From the IMG/VR virus record IMGVR_UViG_3300032242_001280: DNA of 64,000 bases; one strand, 5' to 3'. Under the pieces are notes generated by a model, which did no database searches, was not told where the DNA came from, and worked only from the letters and a program-made list of their open reading frames with translations. Below, piece by piece: positions 34,897 through 50,300 of the stretch. This DNA is from a virus. Made by a program: the position numbers and the translations under genes. Every line of letters starts with the position of its first letter. The stretch's first letter is position 1.

Positions 34897-37800
34897 ATGG
34901 CATCTAATACTAGACAAACTAACATATTTGCTACTGAAGATTGGAAGAAGATTTATACAACCTTCTCTAATGCAGATTTTCAAAGTTATGACTTTGAAAC
35001 TCTTCGTAAGGTAATGGTCGATTATATCAAAACCTATTATGCTGAAGATTTTAATGATTTCATTGAAAGCAGTGAATATGTAGCTCTCCTTGACCTTATT
35101 GCGTTTACTGCACAAAGTGTGGCTTTTCGTGCAGATTTAAATGCTCGTGAAAATTTTCTTGAAACAGCAGAACGCCGTGATAGCGTCCTGAAACTAGTAA
35201 AACAATTAAATTATAATCCTAATCGCAATGTTGCTGCAAGTGGATATTTAAAGATAAATTCTGTTAGCACAACTGAAAATGTTAATGATGTCAACAGCAA
35301 AAATTTAAGTCGCGTTAATATAACTTGGAATGATGCTAATAATGCTAATTGGGTAAGTCAATTTACACAAGTATTAAACGCTGCATTTACTAGTAGTCAA
35401 AAAGTTGGTAAACCATATGCTAGTAAAACAATCAATGGCGTTCGTACAGAGCAATATAATATTGCCATACCAAATACTATATTGCCGATATTCAGCTTTG
35501 GTACAAATGTAAACACTATACCAACAAACTTTGAAGCAGTATCTGCGAACATTCTGACTACTGACACTATTACTGAATCAGATCCAGGAACTCGTGGACA
35601 ATTTGGTATAATATATCAAAATGATAGTCGCGGAAATGCCAGTGCAAATACTGGATTTTTTATATATTTTAAGCAGGGACAACTTAATAGTATAGACTTT
35701 ACTATTAACGAGAAAATTGCTAATCGTGTATTCAGCATTGGAAGTGATAATGTAAACAACAGTGATGTATGGATGTATGAATTAGTAAATGGAACATTGG
35801 GAAATCAATGGACTCAAGTTGCTAATACTTCTGGCAGTAATGCAATATACAATTCAGTGGCGCGTGGTATAAGAACACTTTATAGCGTTAACACTCGCAT
35901 CAATGATCAAATTGATTTAGTGTTTGGTGACGGCAGCTTTAGTGATATTCCACTAGGAAATTACCGTTCTTATTATCGTATCAGTAATGGATTAACTTAT
36001 AGAATATCTCCAAGTGACATGGGTAATGTAATTATTGCCATTCCTTATATCAGTAGCAATGGGCGAACTGAAACACTTAGTTTAAATGCAAGTTTGCAAT
36101 ATACTGTTAGCAATAGTAGCCGCCGTGATTTAACAAGCGAAATTAAACAAAAAGCTCCACAAGCATACTATACTCAAAATCGTATGGTTAATGGCGAAGA
36201 TTATAACATACTTCCATATACAAACTATAGTGACATTGTTAAAGTTAAATCTGTAAATCGTTTTGCAAGCGGAGTTAGCCGTGGTTTAGATATTACTGAT
36301 CCAACAGGAAAATATACTTCAACAGATTTATATGCAAAAGATGGTGTATTTTATAAGAATCAATATAATAAAACTTTTAATTTTACATTTGCAAGTCGTA
36401 ATGACATATTAACAGTATTAAATGCACAAGTAATGAAAATCATGGGAGATTATCCTATGAAGCATTTCTATTATGAAAATTGGTCCACAATTGAACTCAG
36501 TTCATTGCAACCAACTACATGGACTCGTACAACTGATGATACCAGCACCAGCACTGGTTTCTTTTACGCATCAGATGATACTACAAAAAAACCTGTATCA
36601 ATTGGTATCGGTAATACAGACTACAGAAAATATCTATTAATTGGAAGTCTTATTAAATTTGCTGCACCAAGTGGACAATATTTTGATGCTACTAATACTT
36701 TAGTTACTGGAACTCCGCAACTTAGCACGGATAGAGTTTATATTTGGGCAAGCATCCAAAGTATTACTGGAACAGGCAACAGCACCGTCCTTGTTGCTGG
36801 AAGAAAGATTGGTGCAGTAACAATTAGTGAAACAATTCCAAGTGGCGCAATAGTTGATCAAATTTATACACCGTTTTCAAACACTTTGCAATATAACACT
36901 GTTAATACTATAGTAAGCTATATTTTAAATAAAACTGAGTTTGCACTTGAATATAGGTATAATCTTACTGCATCTAATGTTGACCCTTGGTACATTGTTC
37001 CAATAACCAGCGTTGATTCAACTTCCGAATTTAATTTAACTACGCAAGGAACCACCAGTAATAGTAGCTGGTTGTTTAAGTTTAATACAGATGGCGTAAA
37101 ATATACTGTGACATATCGTCAGCTTGATTATGTTTTTGGAAGCTCGTCACAAGTAAGTTTTATTAATACTAATCCATATGCAGTATATGATGCAGCAACC
37201 AATACGCTAATTAATGATAATATTCGTGTTCTTGCTGTAAATGCAAATATATCAAATGATGTCAATTTAAATATTTTCAAAAATGTAGTAATGAGTGATG
37301 GCTATACTGATAGCACAAGAATATATGTTACCTATCCAGTAAGTAGCACAAGTAGATTGCCAACTGATCCAAATATTTTTAGTGAAATAGCCAGCAGTTC
37401 TGGATTTGTATTTTTTAAACAGTATATTGATAAAGATAATTTAATAAGATACAGTGTTGTACCAACTGGCGGCATCAATGTATTATATACTACTTTTTCA
37501 CAGATAAACTATGTTAGAAATACATTTCCAACAGGCACTGTATTTTATGCATCCGTTGATCAGATGTTTTATCAAATTCAATCTATAAACGGCGTTGCTA
37601 CAATAGTTGATGTTAGTAACTCTTATCAAGTATTTGTTGGCAGACAAAATTTGATATTTGAATATCAACACAATGCCGAAAATACTCGTCGCATTGACCC
37701 TGCCGCTACTAACCTTATAGATACATACATATTAACTCGTAGCTACGATGAAGTTTATAGAAACTATGTTGCTGATAATACAGGCACTGTAGAAAAACCA

Positions 37801-38289
37801 GCAGATTTAAATAATGTTACACTTACCAATAGCTATAGTGGGTTATTTGATTATAAGATGATAAGTGATGAAATGATTCTAAATGCTGGTATATATAAAT
37901 TATTATTTGGAAAAAAAGCACATGCAAATTTACAAGCAAATTTTCAAGTTGTAAAAAATCCAAGTACTACAGTTAGTAATACTGAAATTCAAAGTCGAGT
38001 AGTTGAAGCTATAAATCTATACTTTTCTTTAGACAATTGGGATTTTGGTAATACTTTCTATTTCAGTGAATTGTCTGCATATCTACATCAGCAACTTAGC
38101 GAGTATATAAGCAGTATCATATTAGTTCCTGCTGACAATTCCGCTAGTTTTGGTAGTCTATATGAAATTCGTTGCCAACCAAATGAAATTTTCTTAAGTG
38201 CTGCAACTGTTGAGAATGTTCAGGTTGTTTCTGGTGTTCTCAGCGGCATTAATGCGGCTGGAATAACTTTATCTACAGTAAATTATTAA
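34897..38289 (+). CDS. gp6: Baseplate wedge protein, gp6-like
   Basis: SYDFETLR, ARENFLETAERRDSV, FGDG and QNRMVNGEDY motifs. Confidence 0.88.
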   Translation: MASNTRQTNIFATEDWKKIYTTFSNADFQSYDFETLRKVMVDYIKTYYAEDFNDFIESSEYVALLDLIAFTAQSVAFRADLNARENFLETAERRDSVLKLVKQLNYNPNRNVAASGYLKINSVSTTENVNDVNSKNLSRVNITWNDANNANWVSQFTQVLNAAFTSSQKVGKPYASKTINGVRTEQYNIAIPNTILPIFSFGTNVNTIPTNFEAVSANILTTDTITESDPGTRGQFGIIYQNDSRGNASANTGFFIYFKQGQLNSIDFTINEKIANRVFSIGSDNVNNSDVWMYELVNGTLGNQWTQVANTSGSNAIYNSVARGIRTLYSVNTRINDQIDLVFGDGSFSDIPLGNYRSYYRISNGLTYRISPSDMGNVIIAIPYISSNGRTETLSLNASLQYTVSNSSRRDLTSEIKQKAPQAYYTQNRMVNGEDYNILPYTNYSDIVKVKSVNRFASGVSRGLDITDPTGKYTSTDLYAKDGVFYKNQYNKTFNFTFASRNDILTVLNAQVMKIMGDYPMKHFYYENWSTIELSSLQPTTWTRTTDDTSTSTGFFYASDDTTKKPVSIGIGNTDYRKYLLIGSLIKFAAPSGQYFDATNTLVTGTPQLSTDRVYIWASIQSITGTGNSTVLVAGRKIGAVTISETIPSGAIVDQIYTPFSNTLQYNTVNTIVSYILNKTEFALEYRYNLTASNVDPWYIVPITSVDSTSEFNLTTQGTTSNSSWLFKFNTDGVKYTVTYRQLDYVFGSSSQVSFINTNPYAVYDAATNTLINDNIRVLAVNANISNDVNLNIFKNVVMSDGYTDSTRIYVTYPVSSTSRLPTDPNIFSEIASSSGFVFFKQYIDKDNLIRYSVVPTGGINVLYTTFSQINYVRNTFPTGTVFYASVDQMFYQIQSINGVATIVDVSNSYQVFVGRQNLIFEYQHNAENTRRIDPAATNLIDTYILTRSYDEVYRNYVADNTGTVEKPADLNNVTLTNSYSGLFDYKMISDEMILNAGIYKLLFGKKAHANLQANFQVVKNPSTTVSNTEIQSRVVEAINLYFSLDNWDFGNTFYFSELSAYLHQQLSEYISSIILVPADNSASFGSLYEIRCQPNEIFLSAATVENVQVVSGVLSGINAAGITLSTVNY

Positions 38290-38303
38290 GGTATACATAA
38301 TAA

Positions 38304-41300
38304 ATGGCTAAGCGCAGAAGTATTGATTTTCTACCGTCAGTTTTTAGAACTAAAACTAACCAAAGATTTCTAAATGCAACGGTTGACCAACTGATTCAAG
38401 AACCAAGTCTTAAAAAGATTTATGGTTATATTGGTCAACAAGATCAAAGTTCAGTATTTCGCCCATCTGATTATTATATCAATGAAAACGACAGCTATTC
38501 TCAATTCTATCAGCTTGAGCCTGGCGTGGTAATTAAGAAGCGACAAAAAAATAGTAATACTTTTACTATTGATAATATCTATAACTATCCAGATTTACTA
38601 AACCAATTAGTTTCTAGCGGCGCAATTACTAACGATCACCAGCGTTTGTTTTCTAACAGATATTATAGTTACAACGGATTCGTTGATCTTGATAAGTTGA
38701 CAAACTATCGTCAGTATTATTGGGTGCCTACTGGTCCGTTGCCAGTTGATGTTACTGCCAGTGGAATTTCTTTAATAAAAGAATTTAATGTGCATCGTAT
38801 AAGTTACACTGCAAATAACCAAACTGAATTACAAAGTGCTAGTATAGGACAAAGCGGATATGTAATAGATGGATATGAAAATATTGTTAATCCAACTATT
38901 ACTCTGCAGCGCGGTGGTCGATATACATTTAATCTTGGACAAAAAGGTCATAAATTTTATATTCAAAGTGAAATTGGAACCAGCGGGGTAAGCGTCGTCC
39001 AAGCAAATATCAACACAAGAGATGTGCTAGGCGTTTCAAATAATGGTAGCGAAAGCGGTACTTTAATTTTTAATGTGCCCCTTAAAACCGCACAAGATTC
39101 TTTAATATCATTGGATACTATACAAAATATAGATATGATAGCGCATGTTCCTTATAATGCTATGCAAGGACAAAATTATGATACATTTATTCAAAATTAT
39201 AATTTAGACGGCGTTAAAGCATTTTCTACTATAACACTAAGCATTGACTGGCCATTTAATGATGGGGATTGGCTAGATGTTCCTGTAAATCAACGCAGCG
39301 GAATTTGGCAAGTTACTATTGACAATAATAAATTTTTACCTGATGGTGTAACTAATAACCCAAATTATAGAAATATGTCATTGGTGTACTTGAATGATTG
39401 GGCAGAAAATACTAAAACTTTTGTTAATCAAGGTGACAAGTACGGACACACATATGTTTATAGAAATTCAAACGGAGTAATTACTCAGTTTCCAACTATA
39501 ACTGCTCCTCTTAGTACACTATATTATCAGGATGCTGATAATCCATTAATTTATGGCGAAATAAGACTAGTTGACCCTATCCCAGGAACCTTTTTAAATA
39601 TTAATGACATTATTGGGCATGATCAGTATACCAGTCCAAATGGCATTAAATTTTCAAGCGGATTAAAAGTAAAATTTACTGGCGTGACCTTTCCAACAGA
39701 ATATCAGAATAACGAATATATTGTTGAAGGTGTTGGTACTAGTATCAAACTTTTAAAATATAATGAGTTAGTAACGCCAGAAATAATAAACCAAAATGTT
39801 GGCGATGTATTTGGTAGCGACACTATTGGATTTGATGATAGTAATTTTGATGGCACAATTAATGCTCCAACACAAAAAGATTATGTAACAATAAACCGCT
39901 CTAGCGCAGATGGCAATAGTTGGAGTCGCAATAATCGTTGGTTCCATCGTGAAGTGTTGCAATATGCTGCAGATAAGTCAAATCAAATATGGAATTTTGA
40001 CGCTGCGCAGCAAGCTCAGCGACCTATCGTTGAATTTATTCCAAACTTAAAGTTATTTGATTATGGCACAAATTATGCTGGAGCCGTAACAGTTTTTGAT
40101 AGTAATACAACTGACGCTTTTTTTCAAATAGAAGGGCAAAATAATTACGCTCTTATTAAAAATGGAAAATATGTAAGTGATAATAGATTACTGCAGAACG
40201 GACAAACTGTGATCTTTTTAAATGATGTTGATCCTAATGTAAGAAAAACAATATATCAAGTTCAAAGTATCCGTCCACGCAGTTCAGCAACATATAATTT
40301 GCCAACTATTGCAACATCACATGCAGGGACAAATACTATTTTTCTAGCAGATGTTGGAAATATTAAAGTAAATCAAAAAGTAACTTCAAGTTTAATTCAA
40401 CAAACTCAGCCAGCATTTACAACTACTGCTAGTCAAACTAGTTTCTTTTGTAATTTAATTTCAAACCTTGGCGATTTTGATGCTTATTATTTTAATGTTT
40501 ATTTGAATAATGTGCTGCAAACTAATAATGTAGATTATAGCGTAACATATCAACAATCAGTATACTATACTGGTTCAAGTTTAGTTACATCAACTGTTAA
40601 TACTATTAATTCAAACAATAATATAAATTTACCGACTATTGCTACTACATATGCTACTGTTGTATCTGGAAGTAATATTATAAGCATTAATAGTGGAAGT
40701 GGCATTGTAAATGGACAAGCAATATCAGGAACTGGTATTCCAGTTGGAACAACTGTTATAAGTGGCGGCGGTACTAGTTCACTAACTCTGAGTAACACTT
40801 GCACACAATCACTAACATCAGTAACTGTTACAACTTATGCCAATATTCAAAGTGGCCAAGTGATAGTTGATAATGGTGGAATATTTCAAAACGGTACTAC
40901 TGTTATAAGTGGTGGCGGAACCCAAACTTTACAACTTAGCAAGGTAGCGACTGCTACTGCTTCTGGCGTTGCTATAAATGTTTATCAAGCATCATCGAGC
41001 TATTATAATCCTACTATAAATTTTTTAAACAAAGTAATAAATTCTTATTCTTTTGTTAGTACGGCTGGACAAACTGCATATGGTTTAGTTAATACTAGTA
41101 TTTCTGCTACTACCAATTATAGATATGATGTTTATGTTAATGGTACACTTAAAACAATTACTTCAGATTATACGGTTAGTGCAGATGTAAATGGTCATCC
41201 TATTATAAATTTAAATTCTGCACCAATAACTGGTTCTGCGGTTGTTATTAACAATGTTGTAACTGGACCAGCAACTGGAACAACAGTATTAGTTGAGTAT

Positions 41301-44300
41301 ATTCCGCTATCAACTCCTATTTTACCAAATACTACTGTTACTAGCATTGATTCTGTAAACAACATTGTTTATATTAGTACTGCAATAAATTCTGATATTG
41401 CAGCAGGGTTGTATCTGACTTTTGATAATAGTTCCGATCAAATTCATCTTGTTCCAGTTAAGCAAGTATCAGATGGCGACAATGTTATTGCTATGGAAGG
41501 TGAAATAAACCAAGGAAATGTGTATTTTTATGATTCTGGCGTTTGGAATCTTGCTCAACTAAGAAATAGTCGTCCACAATTTCCGTTGTTTGATGTCATT
41601 GATATTAATGGATTTAGTTTAAGTGATACTACAGTTTATCCAAGTAGTAATTTTCGTGGTAGCAAACTTTTTGGATATGCAATTGGAAACTTAACTTCAA
41701 TTACTGATACTGTACTTGGATTTCCTTTAGTTAGACAATCTGTTGGAAATATTGGAGATATAGTTTTTGAAAATTATTATATTACTGATACATTTAACTA
41801 TAATTTAAATTTTAAAGACAACATTACTAATGTCAGTACAGGGTTTGTAGCAAGAATAAACTACTGGAAAAATTATTTTTTTGAAAATGGGTGGACTGTT
41901 GTATCTGATAAAAGCAAACAATATATTACAAAAATCTTTACTGCAAACGAAGCAAAGAAAAATAATTTTGATCTTGAGTTAGTATATAAGCACAGCTATT
42001 ATGAAAATAATATATTTGTGTATGTCAATGGAATTGTTGTTCCATCAACCGCATATACTGTGCAAATTAATAATATTACCACTACTATTAAATTTAATAC
42101 TGATTTGGCGGCAGGTGACAGGTTGTTTGTAAAGATAAATGGCGTTAGTAATATTTTTAAACAAAATTATACTATGCCTAAAAATATTACTAACAACAGT
42201 GAAAATTTAAATTTTAACACCATCACCCTTGGTCAAATTAGAAATCATTTGATTGAAATTGGCAATAATTGTTTAAATTTAAACGGTGAACCAGCGGGTA
42301 GTAATAATTTTAGAGATATAAACTACTCAAATATTGGTGGTAAACTTTTACAACATAGTTCAAGTTTAAGACAAGCATCTTTGCTATTGGCAAATCCAGA
42401 TGTTGATCCAGTTCGTGCCATTACATACTCAGAAAACAATTATCAAAATTTTAAAAATCAGTTAATTGATTTAATTAATAATAAAGAATTTCCTGATCCA
42501 AAAGATGCTCGCGGTTCACTAGATTTAATTTTATCAGATTTTATTAAATTAACAAACACTAACAGCACATTTTATTATACTGACATGTTAGCAACTGGTA
42601 GTCAATATATTACTAACAGCTACACTATACAAGATACCACATATCGTTCTTTCAATCTTACCAATACATATGCAAATAAAAAAAGTAGTTACAATGCTGT
42701 TCTTGTTTATCTAACTAATAAATTATATGGTACACGGCAGTTATTAGTCAACGGGGTTGATTATACGATTAACAATTTTACCGTAACAATATCATCTACT
42801 GTTAGCATTTCAAGACTTGATACTATAAGCATTTATGAATATGCAAGTACCCTTGGATGCAATGTTCCTGCAACGCCAAGCAAACTAGGATTGTATCCTA
42901 AATTTGTTCCACAGAAAATTTTAGATGATACATATTACACGCCACAACATATGATAATTGGACATGATGGAAGTTACAATCTTGCATGGAACGATTATAG
43001 AGATGATATTTTATTAGAGTATGAAAAGCGTGTATTCAATAATATTGCAGTAGATTATCAAAATAACAGTGACTATAGTTTAGTAAGTGTTGTTCCTGGC
43101 GCATTTAGAGTAACAGATTATAGCATTGTAGAATGGACACAACTATTAAGCGGCAGCTACCTTAGCTGGAGCGGACAAAACAATGTAGATATTTTTACTA
43201 ATAACAATAACACAAATTCACTGTTTGGATTTAATTATAGCAAAGCAACCGATAAGTTATTTGGACAAACACTGCCTGGATATTGGCGTGGAATTTATAA
43301 TTATTTTTATGATACTGACAAGCCACATACAAACCCATGGGAAATGCTAGGGTTTACCGAAAAACCAAAGTGGTGGGATAATCGTTATGGCGTAGCGCCT
43401 TATACAAGTCAAAATATTACCTTGTGGGGAGATTTAGAACTTGGATTAATTTATAACGGTGCGCCAAATAAAAGTTACATTGATTCAAAATATACAAGAA
43501 CTGGGCTAAATCAAATAATACCAGTAGATGAACACGGCAACTTGTTGCCGCCACTGAAATCTTTAATTGCAGAATATGATTCAAGAACAGCCAATGATAA
43601 TTGGAGAGTTGGCGATCAAAGTCCAGCAGAAACTGCATGGAGACGCAGCAGCAGTTATCCTTTTGCAATGCAAATTGCTTGGTTCTTGGCAAAACCCGCT
43701 GAATATTGTGCATTGAATTATAATTCTCGTGATGTTGTTTACAACGAATTGCTAGGACAAATAATAAATCAAAAAACAAATACTCGTATTTTTGATTATG
43801 GCATCACTAGTGCAAGTGAATTTGTTCCTGGTTTCAATGTTTGGGTGCGTGATTTATTAACCAGTAATAATTTAGATGTAACTTATAACTGGTTAGACAT
43901 TGCTATGAATAGTAGTTTTAATTTAGTTTATAAAATGTCTGGTTATACTGACAAAAGTTATTTGACAGTTGTTGCTGATCAAGTAAGTCCTGCTAGTACA
44001 AATAATAGTGTGCTTATACCGCCAGAAAATTACAAAATTAAAGTTACAAAAAGTGCACCAATAGGAAGAGCAATCTATAGCGCAGTTATAGTACAAAAAA
44101 CTAGCACAGGATATCAGATATCTGGATTTGATAAGATTCGTCCATATTTCTTAACAATTCCTAGCAAAGCAAGTGGCAATAGCTATGGACTAACAGTGGG
44201 GCAGCTTACTGGAATAATTTATAAAGACGCACAAGATACTGTTACTAGTTTTCCTTATGGCACGATATTTTCAACACATCAGCAAGTTGTTGATTTCTTA

Positions 44301-47300
44301 ATAAGTTATGGCAGATATCTAATAAACCAAGGGTTTATCTTTAATGATTTGCTTGCAGATAACCAAACTGTAAGTGATTGGACGCTAGCTGCTAAAGAAT
44401 TTTTATTTTGGGATCAACAAAATTGGGGTAACAATACTGTTATTGGATTAACTCCAACTGGAACTTCTGTAAATTATAGCAATGTATTTGGTGTAGTAGA
44501 TAAGATCACAAACGACCAATCATATACTAAAGTAATCGACAGTGATGGTACTACATTAACTGGCAGAGATTATCGTGTTTATAGAGATGATAATAACTTT
44601 AGCATTTCACTAAAGAATCCGCAAAAAGGTATTCATCTATTAGATATTTTTATAGTTCAGTATGAGCATTGTTTAGTTTTTGACAACTCAACAGTGTTTA
44701 ATGACATTTTATATGATGAACAAGTTGGAAGTCGTCAATTTAGATTGCGCCTAGATGGTGTCAAAACTCAAGGATGGAATGGAAGTCTATACGCGCCAGG
44801 ATTCCTAGTAAATTACAGCGATGTTGCTAATTGGACATCGTATACTGATTACTATACTGGAGATATTGTTTTATTTAAAAATCAATACTATGCCGCTAGA
44901 AATTTCATTCCCGGAGCAGTTAAATTTAATTCAACTGATTGGTATAAAATTTCTGGAGATTTGTTGAAAAAACAATTGATTCCAAATATGACATCCAATG
45001 CTGCTCAATTTACTAATTTTTATGATCCTGACACTGCCGATCTTAATACTAGTGCAGATATTCAAAGTAAACACGCCACTGGTTTCCAAGATAGACAATA
45101 CTTTACTAATTTAGGTCTTGACCGTACAAGCCAGTATAAGTTTTACTTAGGAATGATTACTCAAAAAGGAACACAAGCTGTTCTAAATGCTTTCTTGAGA
45201 AATCAACAAAAGAACATTGACAGTGAAATTGCTGTCTCTGAACAGTGGGCTATTAAACTTGGCAACTATGGTGGTACAAACAATGTTGATAAATTAGACT
45301 TCAATATTGGCAATAGCAAAGCTATTAATAACCAATATCTATTTGAATTTATCGATCAATATGATACTGCAAACAATGAACTAAACAGTATTAAACCAAG
45401 TGATTTATTTCTTGCTCCACGAACATATAATGCTAATATATTTGCACAAACTGAATATCAAAAGCCAATAGTATCAACTGCAGGACCAGTTAATATTACT
45501 GATGCTACTGCAAGTGTGTATGATATAAACAAGATTTATAATATCAGTAATTTAAGCAATATATTAGGCGAGTCAAGCAAAATATGGATAGCAGCAGACA
45601 GTGAAAATAAATGGGGCGTATATCGTTTAACACAAACAAGTAGAGTTAATGTTACTGGAGTAAACCAGACTGGTTCTACTGAAATAACTTTTTCAACTGA
45701 TATACCACATGGACTGAATACTTTTGATTATGTAATGATCAAAGGAGCAAAAATAGTTGCTTCTACTGGCACATCTGGTGTTATTGATTTAAGTGGGTTT
45801 TATAGAGTTAGCAACATTCCAAATGCAGTATCATTTTCAGTAAAGATTGTTAACAATACTACTATTAGCAGCGGAAAACTATCTGCGCCAATGTTTAAAT
45901 TGATAAATGTGCGATTTGGCACAGTAAACGATTTTGCTAATTTTACTCCAACTCGTGGTTGGCAAGACAGTGAAGTTGTTTATATTGATAATGGTCCAAG
46001 TGGATATCAAGTATTACAAAACACTGACAGTTGGAAATTTACAGAAACACGAAGCCCTGTCTTTACAAAACCTAGCGATTTGTATGGTTCAAGTATTAAA
46101 GTAAACTTTACTCAAAGTTTTGCCGCAGTTGGTGCTGCTGGAAAAAATACTACTGGTCAAGTATTCATTTACGGAAAAAATCAAGAAAATGTATGGCAAG
46201 AATTAGGAATATTAACTCCTGAAGCTAGAAGCTCTGGGTTTGGCAGTGCAGTTGATGTAAACAATAATAATATTGTAGTGGCATCCGCTCCATCATCCAA
46301 CAAAGGCAGCGTGTATACGGCAATTGCAAACAGTCAAGCTATTAGCGTAAACCAAATTATACATTATGACAACATTTATATTACTACTAGTACTCCTGTT
46401 ACTCCTTATGGAAACAGTGCAATATTAGTAGATAGCAGTTATGGTCTCGCTAACTTTGCAGCAGGAATGAGAGTCGTTGGTGCAAACATTGCAAGCGGAA
46501 CAGTTATCAGTAATCTTACAACGGGTTTTCCATACAATGTTATTGGAATTAGTTCAAACTTAGCAGTCACTAGCAGCACAATTGCTGGCGGCGCAAATAT
46601 TGCCATATATCCAACACTTAATGCAAATAGTGCGCTTGGAACAAGTCTATGTGCTAGTACAGATGGCAATTGGTTGTTTGTTGGCGAACCAACTCTTCAA
46701 CGAGTATTTGTTTACAAATACCAAATTGTAAATCCAAGCAATTCAAACAGAGTAGGCGATGGATATACAACTATATTTTCATATCCACCAACTGCTTATA
46801 GAATGAATCTTGGTCCACTTGATATTAAAGTATATGTTAGTGGAAAACAATTAGTGCCATATCTAGATTACATCAGAAACCCAGATGGAACAGATAGTAT
46901 CGCATTTAATACCGCACCAGCAAATGGCGCAGCTATTAGTATAGTATATGAAAATTATTTCCAAGAAGTTAATCAAATTGTTACCGATGACCCAACCGTT
47001 TCTGGGTTTGGTTCAAGCGTTTCTTGTAGCTATGATGGTCGTGAAGTTGTTATTGGTGCTCCATACAGCAACAGTGCCTTTGATATAACTTATAAAAATT
47101 CAGGAAAAGCATTTGTTTATGAAAGAACTGTAGAAAATTTTATATCAGATGGTATATCTTCTACTTTTAATTTAAGCAATGCTTTTGTTGGAAGTGATAC
47201 TATTACTACGGCAAATCTTGTAACATACCCTACGGTGACTGTAGATGGTGTTGCTACAGCAGCAACATTTAGTTATGCTAATAATTCCGTAACTTTATCC

Positions 47301-50300
47301 AGTGTACCAAGTCCCGACAGTATAGTTGCAGTATCAACAAATCAATTTATTATTACAAAAATTGCTACTTCTGATTCTGGTCAAGTTGGTAGTAACTTTG
47401 GTCAAGTTGTGCAAATGTCTAGAGATTCGCAAACTCTTTATGTAAGTGCTCCGGGTTGGAATTATACAAGTTATCAAAATGGTGCAGTGTTTGCCTTTGT
47501 CAACATGCCTAAACGATGTGGTATAGCCACTGGAACTAATACAAATGTTAATATGGCTGCAAATTTGCAGTTGCGAATCAATGATTTCTTAGTTACATTT
47601 ACTGGCGGCAATGCGGCTCAGTGTGTAAAAGATATTAATAATGCAAATGTTATTGGCGTAACTGCTAGTTTAACTCCTACTTCTACTGTGCAAATAGTAA
47701 GCAATGATCAAGTAGCGGTGAATAAACTTAGACTTCGTAATGAATATGGTGATCCACTAACTGCCATGGGTATAGTTTCTTGGCAGTTAACACAGAAGTT
47801 GTTTAGTCCAATAATTCAAGACTCAGAGCGTTTTGGTGAAAAGTTAAGTCTCAGTCCAGATTCTAAAACAGTCGTTGTTGGTACTACCTTAAGCAATAAC
47901 AAGATTACAACAACTTTTGATGCAAGCAAGACTACATTTGATATTAATACTATTAGAATCATTGACACGGTTCACACAAGTGGTTCTGCACATATATTTG
48001 AGTATATTGCTGGTAAATCAAATAAAATTGCAGATATGGGAAGTTTAGTTTATGCTAAGCTGTTAACTCAACCAAATATTTCAAGTCTTGATAAATTTTC
48101 AACTGGCGTTGATGTCAGTGACAATTTTATCTTTGTTGGTTCTCCAAACTCTAAAATTCTAGGAAATCAAACAGGCGCAATGTACATATATTACAACGCA
48201 AATTCTGCTCCTGTTTGGAATACTATTAGAGAACCAAGTACTGCTACTGATAGCAGAATGATAGACAGAGTTTACATATACAATTCAGCAACTAGTAAAT
48301 TGATTGCAGATTTGCCAGTGTTAGATATTCTTCATAACCGCCTTCCTATCTCGGCAGAATCTTATATTGATTATACTATAAATTATGATCCTGCAGTATA
48401 CAGCAATGTTCCTAGCACAGTAAGCTTTAGTGTTGATAAGAAAAATAACTGGGGCGAAGAACAAGTTGGCAAGCTGTGGTGGGACACTAATAGTATAAAA
48501 TATTTTGATAATTCACATGGATCAAATCTTGAAAAATTTAATAGATGGGGACAAGCATTTCCAGTAAGTTCAGTAGCGATTTATGAATGGATTGAAAGTT
48601 CGCTATTACCAAAAGATTGGGCTGCGGCATATCCATTAAATCCACCGCTGTATACTGTTAATGATGTTTATAGCACAAAAACTGTTGTTGACCATTCAAC
48701 TGGATTAGTTACAACAAAGTATTATTTTTGGGTTCGTAATAGCACACGAGTTGACTCAAATAATGTCAGACCAAGTGCTTTTGAAATTCAAACTGCAATT
48801 TCACAACCTAAACTATCTGCCGAGCCATTTGCTGCAGTAATTTCTAGTAATTCAATTGCGCTGTATAATATTACTAATTTAATAAATGTAGATACTAACT
48901 TGGTAATTGAATACAAAAACACTATTAAACCACAGCTTATTCACAATGAATGGACAATGTTTGATGATGGCACCGATCTTGGTATTGCGCCAGAGTTTAT
49001 CAATAAGATAAATGATAGCCTATCTGGTCAGGATTATAGTGGCAGAGTTATACCAGACCCTACATTGAGTATTGGTCAAAAATATGGCATGGATATTCGT
49101 CCACGCCAATCATTGTTTAGTGATCAATATACTGCCAGAAAACTTTATATTGAAAAATTAAATGAAATTTGCATGAAATATCCAATGGTATTGACTAGAA
49201 AAAGTGCAGTACAAGCATTAAATGTTGGCGAAGCACTGCCGTTGCATTATACATATGTTACTTCTGTTGCAAATTTAACTGAACTTGGTTATCTAGATAC
49301 AAATATATACAATGCAGGTGACTTAGTATTAGTTGTAAATGACAGCAATGCAAAGAATGGATGGTCTTTATATAAATTAAATGTAGAATTTCCAAATACT
49401 AGAACTTGGTCAATTTACCAAGTTCAAACTTACAATGTAAACGATTATTGGTCATATGCTGACTGGTATAGTGACAAATATAATCCTGAGTTTAATATAA
49501 CTTATACTATAGATACTGAAAATCAAATTGGATCGTTAAATTTAAATGTAAACGATTTAATTTATATTAAAAATAGTAATACAACTGGTTGGAAAATAGT
49601 TTTAGTTAATATTAATGGATTAGAATTAATTGGACAAGAAAATGCTACTATTCAATTTAGTTCAACACTCTATGACCAAATATCAAGTGGTCAAGGTTTC
49701 CAAACTAGTAGTCTTGAAACTGTTGGATTTGCAAGCGATTCTAATTTAGAATTTTCTGTAATATTTGGTATAGTTCGTGACCTATTGCTTGTTAACGAGT
49801 ATAGAGTTGATTGGAAGAGTATATTGCGATTGTTGATCGATACTATTGCAACTCAACATTTACAAACTGATTGGCTAATGAAAACAAGTTTTGTTGACAT
49901 ATATCATCGTGTTCGTGGACTTGATCCATTGCCAGTGTATCTGCCACAACCAGAATCTATTGTAACTGATTTCTTTAACGAAGTAAAACCATTTCATACT
50001 AAGTTAAAACAATATGTTGCCAAATATGATAATAATAATAATATTGATTATGCATATTCCAGCTTGACAGATTTTGATTTGCAACCATATTATAACACTG
50101 CAATAAGCAAGTATCGTAGTCCTCAACTAAACAATAGTTTAGATACTAAAATACTTAATACACAATCGCTGTATCAACCTTGGAAGAACCACCACACATA
50201 TCAAATTTTGAGAATAGATGTTTCTGCAAATGGCACTGGATATACTGGTTCAACTACTGTAGTAATTGAAGGCGATGGCACTGGTGCTACGGCAAAAGCG